DNA of 64,000 nucleotides from Callorhinchus milii (Eukaryota). The stretch covers positions 47,492,001 to 47,556,000 of the forward strand of contig NW_024704746.1 of NCBI RefSeq assembly GCF_018977255.1, read 5' to 3'. The translations under genes were made by a program, and so were the position numbers. Below the pieces are notes generated by a model that made no database searches, was not told the origin of the DNA, and saw only the letters and a list, made by a program, of their open reading frames with translations. Positions 13,245 through 25,690 of this stretch are shown here, in pieces (position 1 is the first letter of the stretch; each line of letters starts with the position of its first letter).

Positions 13245-13520
13245 TAAACCAAGGTTACTTCTGTCGGTTCAGGTGGAAACAAAAGATCCCATGACACATT
13301 TCAAAAAGTAAAAGGAGTTTCCCTCAGTGTCCTAGCTAACAATTCTCTACATAAATTTGGTCATTCTTAGTAATTTGTGGGACTTTGCTGTGCGCAAACT
13401 GGCTGCTGGTTCACCTACAAAATGCACAGTCACTACACTTTCCAGTGAAAACCTGAAGGACTTTTGAGACTTCTTCCCAACATGAATGGTACAATATCAA
13501 ATGTAAGGATTATGATTATT
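13245..13520 (+). mobile_element. Old Deu-domain SINE, 5'-truncated
   Basis: TTCAGGTGGAAACAAAAGATCCCATG...TGTGGGACTTTGCTGTGCGCAAACTGGCTGC. Confidence 0.75.
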
Positions 13521-14339
13521 CATTTCTACACAAAATAGACATGCACAGTAATATCAGTTCCGAAAAAAGTCTGTTCCCACCTGAAATCAAAGAAAGCACC
13601 ATTATAACAGCCCATGCTTATTCCTAATCACCAAGAATCAGCACAAATGCCGCGAGAGAGACAATAGCACCTCCAATATGTGTTGTTAGGTAAAATGTGA
13701 GATTATGTATCAAGGAAGTGCGGAAAAGGTATATTTATCTATGGAGGTGGAGGTGAAGTCCACATAATATTGGAGACAACAGCACCCACCAGTTCATATC
13801 CCTGAGGCTGTACACTAACAGTCATAACACAGATGGCTGACTTCCAGCTGTAAATATCTTAGCAGCCCAGTTTTTTTTAATATTTAATATATGCTCATTC
13901 TTTCCGAGTTTTTGACCATCCCAGATCATAAAGAAATGTTTTGGACTATTTAGTTTTATAGAATGTTTTTGTAGACATGTTGCAATCAAATCTTAACTGC
14001 ATCCACTGAAACTATTTTGATTACCTCCACACTTTAAAACAATTCCTATAAAATCACTACTTTTCACCTGGACAAACCCAAATAAAAATAACTTTTGCAA
14101 GACTTACCAAATGTGCCTACCATGATGGAGGCATGGTGACTTAATTACCTCACCTGAAGTTGCAGATTAGTCCCTGCTGCAACCTGGATGGCCAAAGTGC
14201 CATTTCTCACACTGTTTTAACTAGATATGCCTGGCACCCATTTGAGACCTTTTCATTAATAGCATAAACAATCTGAATTCTGTTCTCAAAGAGGTTCTCA
14301 AGCATGAACAGACCTGGCAAAGTTCACTTCAATGAAGCA

Positions 14340-14400
14340 ACAACAACAAAATTACATTTGTATAGCGCTTTTCACATCGGGAGGACGTCCTGAAGCACTG
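14340..14400 (-). mobile_element. Solo L2 3' tail
   Basis: CAACAACAAAATTACATTTGTATAGCGCTTTTCACATCGGGAGGACGTCC. Confidence 0.75.
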
Positions 14401-14749
14401 AAAAATGTATTTACGTAAATATTCAATTGTCGCAAGTCATGCAACAGCACAAAAGTGAAGGCGTTGTTCTCCATCAAAATGTATTGTTATATATCATGTT
14501 CGTTCCTACTGAATTCCCCTTCCATCGTTCCCTGAAAACATTTGGTTTTCTTTCGACTGGGACATTTTCTGTAACAAAATGTTACGGAAGAAGGATTAGG
14601 TGGGGTATTTGAATATGTGTTCTGAGATGCAGGCTTGAATCCAAAACAGACTGATAGATGGAAGTCTTTGAGCTGAAAGAAACTTATGTAGATCAAGGCT
14701 GTTCTATTTTTCTAGCTCAGTTTCTGTTGGATCCAATGATGGAACACAA

Positions 14750-14956
14750 ATAATAATCCCTCCAAAACCAAAAACAATAATAAATTGGTCATTTTCAATC
14801 TACGTCTGTTTGGGGGACATTGCTGTGCGCAATTGACTGCTGCGTTCGCCCACAAATATACAGTCAATTCACTTTACAGTGTGTTCTGTGAAGCGCTTTG
14901 GGACATCCTACCGACGTGAAAAGCGCTATATCAAATGCAAGGATTATCATTATTAT
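14750..14956 (+). mobile_element. Young SINE (short subfamily), 5'-truncated
   Basis: Closely matches the body and tail of the full copies at 33058 and 41381. Confidence 0.88.
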
Positions 14957-15289
14957 ACATAGTTCCACAAGTGGCAAGCACCTTCGTACCAAACCCAAAG
15001 TGTGAATTCTTCATATACTTACAGATAAATATTAGATTCTACATATAGGAAGTAGGAATAAGAAACACATGTACTCTACAGATGGGATAGAACTTGCCAA
15101 GGGGGAAGCTGAACCAGATCTGGGGTGTTAGTTAACTCATCACTCATCATGTCAAAACAGTATGAAGTGGCAATAAACAAGGCAAACAGGAGGCTGGACT
15201 TTATTGCTGAATTAACTGAGTTCAAGGCCTCTTACACAAGGACCTGAATTAAGCAGCTAGTGCTGAGTAAGCCTGGTACTCAGCATCGG

Positions 15290-16290
15290 ACTTGGACGTT
15301 GAGAGTATCAAGGTAGCCAGCATGTCACAAGCTGTCCTGTAAAGGTCCTCTCATCACACTGAAGGCAGATGTCTGCCAGATAGCTGCAGAGGAATCTCTG
15401 AGGCTTGGGGTGACAGTTGGGGAAGGCACTACCTGGAGACCGAGTTCGTAAACACACGTTTGTACATCCAGCACCTGGAATCCACCTTGATTGGCTCGCT
15501 GAGATTGGTAAGCAGCTGCTGCTTAAACTCCGTATATCCAACTGGTGGAACCATAGCTCAATAGGAAAGGACGTGTGCCTGAGCTGCGGGCAGGAAGGTG
15601 ATGGCAATGCTGTCATGGATTTCATGTTGAACTGTGTAGCCGACCAGGAAGCTCGCAGGGAATTCCTGGGACCTACCGATCACCGAGTGAGGGCTCAAAC
15701 CCGCGCTTGTTAGTTGTCAACTTGTGACTATCCTCCTTCGGGTGGGAGGTAACCGGGGTCTCCTTGGAACTCGTTCCAAAGTAACATATTTGGCAGCAGA
15801 ATGTCGGAATCGAGCCAGCCCTCTGTGGTGGTCTCGGTAAGTCTGATCCTGAGCAAGGCGGGACTGTAGTATTCCAAGACACTGCTGATGACAGCCTAAC
15901 TCATCAGCTGGACTTGGAAGGACAGACCAGTCACTAGCGGCAGGGACTCCTCCCACTCAGCTCCTACTAACCCTGCAAGGCAAAGTCCCATGGGTAGGGT
16001 GCGGAAAAGCTTGCCAGACAGTGCTATCAATGGCAAGCTATGCGGTTTTATCTGGTTAGCCTCCAGCAGCACCTTAATGCACACTCTGGGGTCCACAAGC
16101 CATGGTTGGCTCTTGCCAAACTGAATCTAATACTTTCCAGAATTAGGTAAGCAGGATGGGTCCCTCCAGGGAGAGAGATTCCATTCCAACAATCTATCTC
16201 TGGGATTTCCATGTGGAGGTGGAGTGCATGGAATTCTTTTTGTTTTGGATACTCTCAAGTATGGTGAAGGATTTCTGAATGTATCTTTCT
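15290..16290 (+). mobile_element. Old non-LTR retrotransposon 3' part (CCHC knuckle plus long 3' UTR); clade uncertain (RTEX/I-group-like)
   Basis: ORF 15417-15713 reads LLKLRISNWWNH..GKDVCLSCGQEGDGNAVMDFMLNC. Homologous pieces lie at 45050, 54060, 55930, 31330, 41270 and 25545. Confidence 0.7.
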
Positions 16291-16990
16291 GTTGTCCAAT
16301 TAACAAATCGAACAATTTATCAGAAGGGGGTTGAGATGAGGTTAAGAGGCTGGACTCATTAACTAAACACTGATGCTGTGTTAGAATAAGGATTCTGCAA
16401 GGATGAGAACAAATGGGCTGAAGGGCCTTCTTCATCCAAATCAATCTTGTGATCTTTTGATCTATGAGCCTTCAATGCAAGGTCAGCAATCTTGTTCTCA
16501 TTCCTGCAGAAACAACTAAAAAACTGTTTGGAGATCGAATCCTGTCCTATTTTTTCCCTGTTTAACTTGTGTCCAACGTGGTACCCAAAGTGTCATTCTA
16601 GCTGAGTGAACACAGTACAGATGGGGATCAAACTTTCTGGTTGTGCGGGTCAGATACTCATCGGATAAATTTGCAAAGTATTTGGAAATATACATACAAA
16701 AATTATAGCTGCAACACAGGAATTCCTGAAATATTTGTTTTTCACTTTTTGAGGAGCCTTTAGGATTTTACTCGTTTCATAATGTAAATTAAACAGAAGA
16801 GTTGCCAATCTTCTATTAAAATGAAGATGACTAAATAAGCTCTGCTTTGCAAACATAATCTTAAAGTTGTAAAATGAGCAAAACAAGGAACAGTTTGAAG
16901 AATAGTAGAATTTCTAGATTTCTAGTGGATATTTGCTATCTAATGTGTACAATTATTGCAAATACTTGAAAACCATAGCATCCACTGCAG

Positions 16991-17152
16991 CAACAACAAC
17001 AACAAAATTATATTTATATAGTGCCTTTCATGTCGGGAGGATGTTTCGGACCCAAGCTGGGGGTCAGGATCGGGGAGGGTGGAGGGCAGAGGGAGAAAGA
17101 GGGTGATCGAAAGTGTGGTCGAAGGAGGGTCTTGAGATGGGTCTTGAAGGAG
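16991..17152 (-). mobile_element. L2 3' end
   Basis: (CAA)n tail followed by ATAGTGCCTTTCATGTCGGGAGG and GGTCTTGAGATGGGTCTTGAAGG. Confidence 0.85.
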
Positions 17153-17929
17153 ACGCTGCATATCTAAATATATTACATAGGAATAGAAGTCAATGTACAA
17201 AAGACTATTTGAAGAATAATATAAACTAAACTTTCTTTGCCATCAAAAATATTGTCAAATTCAACCTTGAATTCACGCATTCAATATTATCTGCACATCA
17301 ATTCTGGATTCCTAAATGGCTCATCGAGTCCATTTGTGAAACTTATAAATCAATCTGAAAAAGCAGTACTCACAGGCCATTACGAGGCACGAGGGGATGA
17401 ATGAGCTGTTTTGGTACTATCTGATGTTCTACAATTGTTCTAAGATTCTTAACAGGTTCTATAGCTACCATTTCATATGCACCTATGGCAGCTTTATCTC
17501 AACCCAGATGTTGCATACAGCCAGTGGGAAGTACCAGGTTTCAGCACCAAACATTAATATAGCTATCCCTGCAGGTTTTAAAGATTGATTGTATCTGCTT
17601 AAATGTTTTCATCAATTTACTGAATTCTAAAAGCATTTCAGTCCCTGCCATTTACAGATTACCCTCATCATGAATGTGAATATTAAGATTTTTTCAAACA
17701 AAATGGACCACTAGTTGTAGCATTAATTTATACTTTGTCTTACTCACACCCAGGAAAGATATCACTAACACTTTACTTCCCAAGTGAAATATTACTTGTT
17801 TTTTTATTTGTGTAGTTCCTTTTATTTTTATTGCCTCCTAAATATATTTTCTCCCTTTATTGAGGTACTTTCATCTTTCAACCCATTCCAAATTACAGAA
17901 GCACAAACTTTTTGATTTTGAAGTATTAA

Positions 17930-18520
17930 TCAATGTTATGGTCTTCTAAGTACCCCACTACGACGTCCCTAATTAAGGATTCTAGAATTTTCCCGACCAC
18001 CGATGTCAGACTGACTGGTCTATAGTTCCCCATCTTCTCTCTCCTACCCTTCTTAAATGGTGGTATTACGTTTGCGATCTTCCAATGGGAACCGTACCAG
18101 AATCCAGAGAATTTTGGAAGATCAAAAACAAGGCATCCACTAGCTCAGCAGCCACTCTTTTAAAACCCTAGGATGCAGGCCATCATGTCCAGGGGATTTG
18201 TCATTTTTGATCCCCATGTTTCCCTAGTACTAATTCTTCACTGATGTTAATTTTCTTAAGTTGCTCACTAACATTAGCTTCTTGGTTCCCCTCTATTTTT
18301 GTTAAGTTTTCAGTGTTTTCTAACGTGAAGACAGAAGCAAAGTATTTGTTTAATGATTCTGCCATATCTTTACCCCCCACTATAATTCCTCCTGTCTCCG
18401 CCTGTAATGGACCCACATTCACTTTTGCTAGGCTCTTCCTCTTTATGTATTTGTAAAAACTCTTGCAGCCTGTTTTTATGTTTCTAGCTAGTTTGCCCTC
18501 ATAATCCATTTTTCTACCTC
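17930..18520 (-). mobile_element. CR1 LINE ORF2 fragment (tether region before RT)
   Basis: ORF 18201-18509 reads YEGKLARNIKTGCKSFYKYIKRK..VGPL..MAESLNKYFASVFT, a hallmark CR1 ORF2 sequence. It is frameshifted downstream. Confidence 0.92.
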
Positions 18521-18524
18521 CTAA

Positions 18525-19287
18525 TCAGGAACCTCGGTGTTCTGTTCGACCCTGAGCTGTCCTTTCTTCCCCACATCCGCGCCACAACTGGCACTGCCTT
18601 CCACCACCTCTGGAACATCGCCAGACTACGGCACTACCTCACCCCTCACGCTGCTGAAACTCTGGTCCAGCCTTTATCACCTCAAGGCTGGACTATGGGA
18701 ACTCTCTCCTCGCCGGCCTTCCCGGCACCTCCCTCCACAAGCTGCAGGTCATTCAGAACTCTGCAGCTCGTGTACTGTCCCGCACCAGGCTTCGGGACCA
18801 CATCACTCCCACCCTCGCTCACCTCCACTGGCTCCCCATCCCCCAGAGGATCGAATTCAAGATCCTCATCCTCACCTACAAGGCCATTCACGGCCTTGCT
18901 CCCTCCAACCTCTCCGACTTACTATCCCCCCACGTACCTGCCCGTACCCTCCGTTCCTCTGGCTCCGGTCTGCTCCACACTCCCACCCTAACCGCCCTAC
19001 CATCGGTGGCCGGGCCTTCAGCCTCTCAGCCCCTAGGCTCTGGAACTCTATCCCCAGTGCCTTCACCTTGCTTCCTCCCTTTCCTCCTTCAAGGCCAGTC
19101 TCAAGACCTTTTTCTTTGACCGTGCCTTCACCTCCCCTCTCAATTCTCTATCTCCTCCTCGCTCCCTCCCTTCCCTCACCCTAACCATTTCCCCCCTGCT
19201 CGGGTCCCGACCCAACTGTCCAGCGCCTTGGGACGTCCTCCCAACGTGAAAGGCGCTCTATAAATGCAATCTTATTGTTGTTGTTGT
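18525..19287 (+). mobile_element. 5'-truncated L2 LINE (tail type A)
   Basis: Encodes frameshifted [38 protein letters not shown] and ends AGCGCCTTGGGACGTCCTCCCAACGTGAAAGGCGCT...(GTT)n. Confidence 0.93.
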
Positions 19288-19424
19288 ATTTCTCACATTC
19301 ACCACTGTGAGGAGTTGACTATGCAGGATTCGCTGCATGGGAGCTTTAAGGAGTAAAAATACACAAAATAAATCAATACAGTCAAGCTCTCAGACCAACG
19401 TGGAGTCCTATAGCTTATTGGTTA

Positions 19425-19624
19425 GAGCAAATAATAAAAATAAGAATAATTTGGTCACTCAATCCACGACTATTTGTGGGTGACTGCTGTGTGCAATTGG
19501 CTGCCACATTTTGCCCACAAAATACGAAAGTCAATTTGTTTTGCAATATATTCTGTGAAGCGTTTTGAGACGCCTCGAAGACATGATAAGGCGCTATATC
19601 AAATGCAAGGATTATTATTATTAT
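19425..19624 (+). mobile_element. SINE 3' half
   Basis: Deu core and GATAAGGCGCTATATCAAATGCAAGGATTATTATT tail. Confidence 0.85.
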
Positions 19625-20401
19625 CAACACTGAGCTGGCTGCAAAATCACTTCATGGTCCTGAATTTCTCCAGGCAATGCAAGATATTGATTTCTGCTTG
19701 AGAATAATGTAGAATTTCCATCTTTGGAACAAAAATTCACAATCAAGAAGTCATATCGGAATTTTTCTTTTGTTTAAAAAAAGTAAATTCAACAATTATT
19801 CTTCAATAGCAGGCAACAGATCTTCTCAATTGTTGCCTTGTCTTAATATTCACTGGTGCAATTTTGAATTTATGACTTTTAATCTCTTTCTTTTCATGCT
19901 GCATTTTCCTGAAAGCAAGCAAACAAGACTAATGGGGAGGAAGCAGCACTCAAGAGACTGACAATCCAACATTTAAAATTGTGTCAGGTTCATTGAGGAA
20001 ATGTCAAGCCTATTCATCTCCTTTCTCAAATGATATTTGAGTTTCACTGTCAGAGTCCTTCCAAACAGCTGTGGTGCTTTATTGGATTTAGTAACGACAA
20101 ATAAATAATTACAGAAACAGAGCATGACATACGCACAGCCTGGATGTACTCCTTTGGTTCTCTCCCTAAGTTAACACTGACTGGGCTGCTTGAATCTTTT
20201 TAATTTGGGGAGCATTTTGTACGGGTAGCTCATTTAACAAGGCAAGACAGGATTTCAAACTATTCACCTTCCTCGTGGATAGCTTGTGGTGCTTCATCAT
20301 TTGGGAAAATAGTAATCTGCAATCCTTCAAATCATTGCACTCGATAAACTGTGCCAATCTGCACTGAACGTACCAAGGCAGAAACTTTTAACACCAACTG
20401 T

Positions 20402-20530
20402 TAAATAAATTTGATCATTCACTTCATATCTGTTTGTGGAATATTGGTTTGTGCATATTGTGTGCTGTGTTCACCTACAAAATATGCCGTCACTACACTT
20501 TACAATAAATCCTGTGAAGCGCTTTGAGAA
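20402..20530 (+). mobile_element. Degenerate Deu-domain SINE fragment
   Basis: TGTTTGTGGAATATTGGTTTGTGCATATTG...CCTGTGAAGCGCTTTGAGA. Confidence 0.65.
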
Positions 20531-20712
20531 TTTGACGGATGAGAGGGCAGATAGGTAACTGTCCACATTTGCATTTCAAGAATTGTATTAATGAAGCCAT
20601 GCTGACTCCTGTTTAGTTGTTCTGACATTAAAAGATCATAAAATGATGGCCCATCTGATCTCAACCATCCAGAACAGCCACCATCACAGCATCAAGCTGT
20701 TTTTTTTAAATG

Positions 20713-20745
20713 AGTCTAGTGCCCCAGTCTCTGGGGCACTAGACT
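20713..20745. repeat. Perfect 15-bp inverted repeat with 3-nt spacer
   Basis: AGTCTAGTGCCCCAG-TCT-CTGGGGCACTAGACT. Confidence 0.95.
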
Positions 20746-21154
20746 GTCCTAAATTGCCCTTTACAACTTTAAACCTATGTTCTCTTGTTCTACCATCATG
20801 CTACATCCTAAAGTATTGATCTGGGTTTATTTCTTCAACCCTATGTAAAATTTTATGAGGTCCCCTCCGAGTCATCTTCTCTCAAGACACATTATTCCTG
20901 ACCAATATATTTTTGCCTGTCTAAATGTTGCTCTTAGATCATTCCTTTAACATTGGGGATCATCCTCCTTTACACTGCCTCTTCAACTTGGGCACTGCCA
21001 ATGTTGTATTAACCAGAATCATATTCATACCAAAAGCCTCATTTTAAAATCAGCATTTTATTTTGTCTTATGCCCTTCAAACTTGGCAACAAGAATTACG
21101 TCTTATTTTCTTTGAGCAAGTGTTTGATGGAGACGTAAATCCAATGGAACAGTT

Positions 21155-22175
21155 ACAACAAAAACAACAACTTGGATTTATACAGTGTTCTCCACCCTGG
21201 ATGGCGTCTCAGAGCGTTTCACACTAACGGATCCGGGGCCAAGCCAGGGGGAAGGGGAGGAAGGTGACCAAAGGCAAAAGAAAGGTCTTCAGCCGAGACC
21301 TGAAAATAGGAAGAGATTGGACGAGGCGAAGGGAGTGAGGAAGGGAGTTCCATAGCCTCGGGACGTAGTGGCTGAAGGCATGACCGCCGATGATGGAACG
21401 GAGGATTTGGGGGACAAGGAAGAGGAGGCCAGACCCGGTTGAGCGAAGGCAATGGGCACTGTTGTGAGGAGAGAGGAGGTCAGAGAGGTAGAGGGGTGCA
21501 CAGGGTGGAGGGATTTAAAGACAAGGGTAAGGATCTTGAAGTCGATCCTTTCTGGGACAGGCAGCCAGTGAAGTCTGGCAAGGACTAGGGTAATTGGGGA
21601 GCAGAGTTTGGTGCGAGTAAGAATGCAGGCGGCAAAATTTTGTATGACCTGGATTTTATGAATGGTAGTGGAGGGGAGACAGGCGAGGAGGGCATTTGAA
21701 TAGTCCAGCCGAGAGGTGATAAAAGCATGGACCAGGGTGTCAGCAGCTTTTAGAGTGAGGTATTGGTGGAGACGGAAGTTGCGTCGGAGGTGGAAGAAAG
21801 CGGTGCCTATAAGGGACCGGATGTGGGGGAGGAAGGATAATTGGGGGTCGAACCTGACGCCTAGGTTGCGTACGAGTTCGGAGAGTTTTAGGGGGAGGTC
21901 GGGTAGATGGAGGAGGTGAGAACCATGAGACTTAAGACGTTGACGAGAGCCAAAGAATATGGCTTCCGTCTTGTCAACATTTAGCTGAAGGAAATTTGCG
22001 CTCATCCAGCTCCTGATGCAGACAGGCAGGCTGTCAGAACCTCAGGGAACTGGGCGGGTCGCAATATGAGGTGGAAAAATAGAGTTGGGTGTCGTCCGCA
22101 TACATGTGGAAGTGCACCCCATGTCTGCAGATGACATCCCCAAGAGGGAGCATACAGATTAGGAAGAGGAGGGGG
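21155..22175 (-). mobile_element. 5'-truncated L2 LINE (tail type B) with RT YADD motif
   Basis: ORF 21289-22005 ([33 protein letters not shown]), FHMYADDTQL at about 22082-22110, and a GTT tail at 21155. Confidence 0.95.
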
Positions 22176-23244
22176 CATTCCTAAGTTACAGTTACATTGT
22201 GATTAATACAACTAGCAAAATAGTTGCCCAAATATGAATATATCACCCAACAGAAATGAACAATTTGGAAAGCACAATTCTGTCACAAGGTGCCTATAAC
22301 GCATAGAATATCACTGCAACGCAAAATGATGTCCCTGTACCTGATCTATAACTTCAGGTGAAGTCTCTGGTCTGCATTTTGAGCAGATATTTTTATCATC
22401 ACAAGCCTTCATATAAAACTGGGCAAAAAATCAAAATTAATCCAAAAATGATTTGCTCAGATTTGTTTGAATGTTGGTTTTCAGTTGCAAAACATAAATG
22501 TGGCACTCAGATACTGAGTTCAAATATGAATTTGATACTTAAACCATGGAGCTTTGGCTTGAATTTGATGAGTTATTTTGCCGAATTTCCAGTTTTATAT
22601 TAGTTACATAGCAGTAAATCCTAAACAAACGTGGAGATAAATTTAGCTGGTTCATTCCCAGTTAAGGGGAACTGTGAAGGATTTCAATTGAATAAAACTT
22701 ATGCTTTAGTAAAGGATTTGGTGACAATCCAAAGTGTTGATGTTGATTCAAATATTTAGTACCAACCACAAGACCCAAAGCACATTATTCCTGGCCAATA
22801 TACATTTGCCTATCTACTGTCTACAACACGTTTAGCCAAAAGCTGGAACAAACTGTATTTCAGTTGCTACTTATTTGGCTTGAGATCATTCAGTTACATC
22901 AAATAATACAGTATTTTTGGAGTTAAAAATGAAATTAACTGTAGACGCCAAACCATTTTTGGAGATTCACAGATTACTGTGGAACATGGTGCATTGTAAG
23001 TTCATGTTTGGAGTACTAAAAATAAAATGCAACAAGGTTGGCTGTGTTAGCTGAATGGAAATAGCACATTTCACTGCATTAGTAACATATAAACTTTTCA
23101 AGAGACTAACTTCTGAAGTTCATGGCATTAGCAGCTCCCAGTTACGCAGTTATGAAATAGTATTTTAGGACTGAAATTGACCAAAGTTTAATTAGCAATC
23201 CCATGGGAAAAAAACACAATTATGTGAGATGATTTAGCTTGGAT

Positions 23245-23500
23245 GAAAAGCTGCAATAGACTGGCCTTATATTCCTTAGAGCAAAAGAGGTTAATAGGTG
23301 ATTTGATTGAAGTATTTAAAATAATGAAAAGAACTGACAGGTTAGATGGTGGACAACCCTTTTCTTTGGTTGAGGAATCCACTAGAAACAGTGCACAGTG
23401 TTAAAATTAGAACAAAGGCAGTTAAAATGGTCAGGAAGCATATTTTTATTCAGAGGGTTGTGAAGATGTGGAATGCTCTGCCCTAGTAAGCTGCAGAGGC
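23245..23500 (+). mobile_element. Old CR1 3' ORF2 fragment
   Basis: Decayed LEQKRLIGDLIEVFKIMK and QRVVKMWNALP motifs. Confidence 0.8.
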
Positions 23501-24903
23501 AGAATTATTAACTGATTTGCCGATCATTAGGGTAAATTGTTTTCTTTATTTGTAGTACTTAAATCACAAATATTTTTGAAAATCTCTATCTAATATACTT
23601 TTCCTACTTCAAAATAAACTGTCACATCAAAAAAAGTCAAACAATGTTTGTAACACAAAAGGTCATCAGGCCCAACCGTGTCTGTGCTGGTGCTAGTTAC
23701 TCCACTAAAATTATCCATTCCAAACTCATACCCTGCTCTTTCACATATAGTTTGTTATTTTTCTCTTAAGTATTAATTCATAGAATTCCCCTTTCAGGCT
23801 CTAGATTTCTCCAAAACACTGGTTTTCTAAGATGAAATTGTAAAAACACAGAAGAGATTAAAAATGGAAAAGATTGAAGGTCTGACCTGAAACTACCCGA
23901 AAATCACATCAATTGTAAAATTGTAAAAGTACAACAACTTTTAAATCTCGCACATTAGCATCATATTCCTGTTTTGTGCATAACATATACAGAGGTATTT
24001 TAAAGAACCAATTGAAAATTTTAGATTCTTATGAATAAAGTGCTACTTTGTGAAATTATAACTTTCAAAAGTTTAAAATCCTGTTGGCGTTTGGTATGTG
24101 AAGTGACGATATGGCTCCATTGTGTATGTGTGTTCCAGGTTGGAGCAGATAAGACTTTGAAAATAGGGCTACATGCAGCAATCTTGCGAGCTCATTAAAA
24201 ATGAGTTCAACCTCCCAAATGCTGCACGTATCAAACGTAATACATTTATCGAGGTTAATTTCTTAGTTGGCTGAAGCATTATTTAGACTTTCAGTAAATC
24301 TGATAAACACTAGAATTCAAATGTTAAACTTGTTGATGTTGGCACTTTATTTTCTATTTCTACTGCTGTCATCTTGTGAAACTATACACATGTGTCCTAA
24401 TAAATCAAATGACTTCTTATAGAATTTCAAATAAAATAAATTGGGAATATTAAAATATCTGATGAGTGCTCCTGCTGGCATGGATTGTTCCATTTGATCT
24501 GATCACGCATGTTCTCATGAGGCACAACTGGGAGGTTGTCAGGTGCTTCCAAAAAGTGAAGGAAAAGCTACACAGCAGTCGTTTTTGTCTCAACAAATGG
24601 AGAACTGCATACAAGTCTGGTCCCAAAGCCTAGAGGCCCTGTAGAGAAGATCAATGAGGGTGATCTCCAGTGTTTGAGAGATATGAGGACAATTAGATAA
24701 ACTAGAGGTTTTCAGTCGTGGAAAGAGGCATCTCAGTTATGAGCCTCAGCGAGGTAAATAAGATACAAAATTGGATTGAGAAAGTAAACCTAGAACAAAT
24801 AGTAAGACAGAAGGACAAAACAGCTGGACAATACTAAATATTTATTTATACAGATATATTTTATATAAATAACAGCTAGAATAAGTTACCAGGAAAGCAA
24901 GTA

Positions 24904-25386
24904 CAGTAAAACCTCACATAAGTCGTATCAGCTGGGACCATAGCATTAAATATGACTAACGCGGACTATGAGTTACAAGCATCTGATTTAATTAATAATC
25001 TACAACTGGCATGCATACTTCAATGCATCCTATTAATGCGCATGGAATGACAGGTCTGAACTTCATTTGTTGCGATTCAATGCAGCCGGTAAGTGCGCAT
25101 GCGGCAACGGGTCAAGACTTTGTTTCTGGTGTGTGTTTGACATGCATGCTTCAATACAACCGATAAGTGCGCTTGTACCAACGTGACAGAACTTAATTTC
25201 CTGCGATTCAATGCAGTTGCTAGGTGCGGTCGTGGCGTTATGAATTAGATGATTTGCTTTATAAAATACGACTGTTGCAAAGATATCTAATTATTTTTTT
25301 GTAAGGATACTGAAAGGGACTCGGGTGTATGTACGACTTAGGTGATTGTATGATTTACAAAGATGAGACTTATGGGAGTTTTACTG
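24904..25386 (+). mobile_element. Non-autonomous pogo/Tigger-like DNA transposon (MITE), copy 1
   Basis: TA|CAGTAAAACCTCACATAAGTC ... GACTTATGGGAGTTTTACTG|TA: ~20-bp TIRs, TA flanks and internal ~57-bp repeats. Confidence 0.88.
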
Positions 25387-25544
25387 TAGAGGTCAGAAGT
25401 CGCTTAAAAAATAGCTTAATTTTGCAGTGGGAACAAGCTACAATTTCTGGAAGCAAGGTTTTAGTTAAACTGCAGTTGTGTACCCCAATGTACTCTGTGG
25501 TTCCTTAAGCCGTAGCTCACTAACCTATGCCGAATACTCTCCAG

Positions 25545-25690
25545 AGCATCCTTCTTAGAAGAGAGTGTGCGCTCCATTCCAAACACTAGGAAATTTCTAT
25601 GTTTACGTGGCACTTATATATGGAAATCTTGGTCTTAAGCGTGCTGAAGGCTTCTGCAAGTGCCAGTTACTCACCTGACCAAATAAAAAT
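25545..25690 (+). mobile_element. 3' terminus of the CCHC LINE family
   Basis: GAGAGTGTGCGCTCCATTCCAAAC...TCTTAAGCGTGCTGAAGG...CTGACCAAATAAAA, similar to 54805-54965. Confidence 0.65.

Noticed and set aside
15884-15910. CTGATGA as a second hammerhead core
   Set aside because: No stem II followed by GAAA, and the motif is CTGATAA in the 54184 copy.
18537-19184. Pro/Ser-rich ORFs (also 29285-29830 and 51097-51591)
   Set aside because: These are alternative frames of C-rich L2 sequence, shared between copies only because the DNA is repeated.
20130-20397. Minus-strand exon candidate (TTTAACAG ... GTATGT)
   Set aside because: All three frames from the acceptor hit stop codons and no homology is recognised.
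21289-22005. Longest ORF (238 aa) as a host gene
   Set aside because: It is the C-terminal part of L2 ORF2 in a 5'-truncated, frameshifted copy.
25019-25240. CRISPR-like or regularly spaced repeat array
   Set aside because: The units are diverged tandem repeats without unique spacers, inside a TIR-bounded element in vertebrate DNA with no cas genes.
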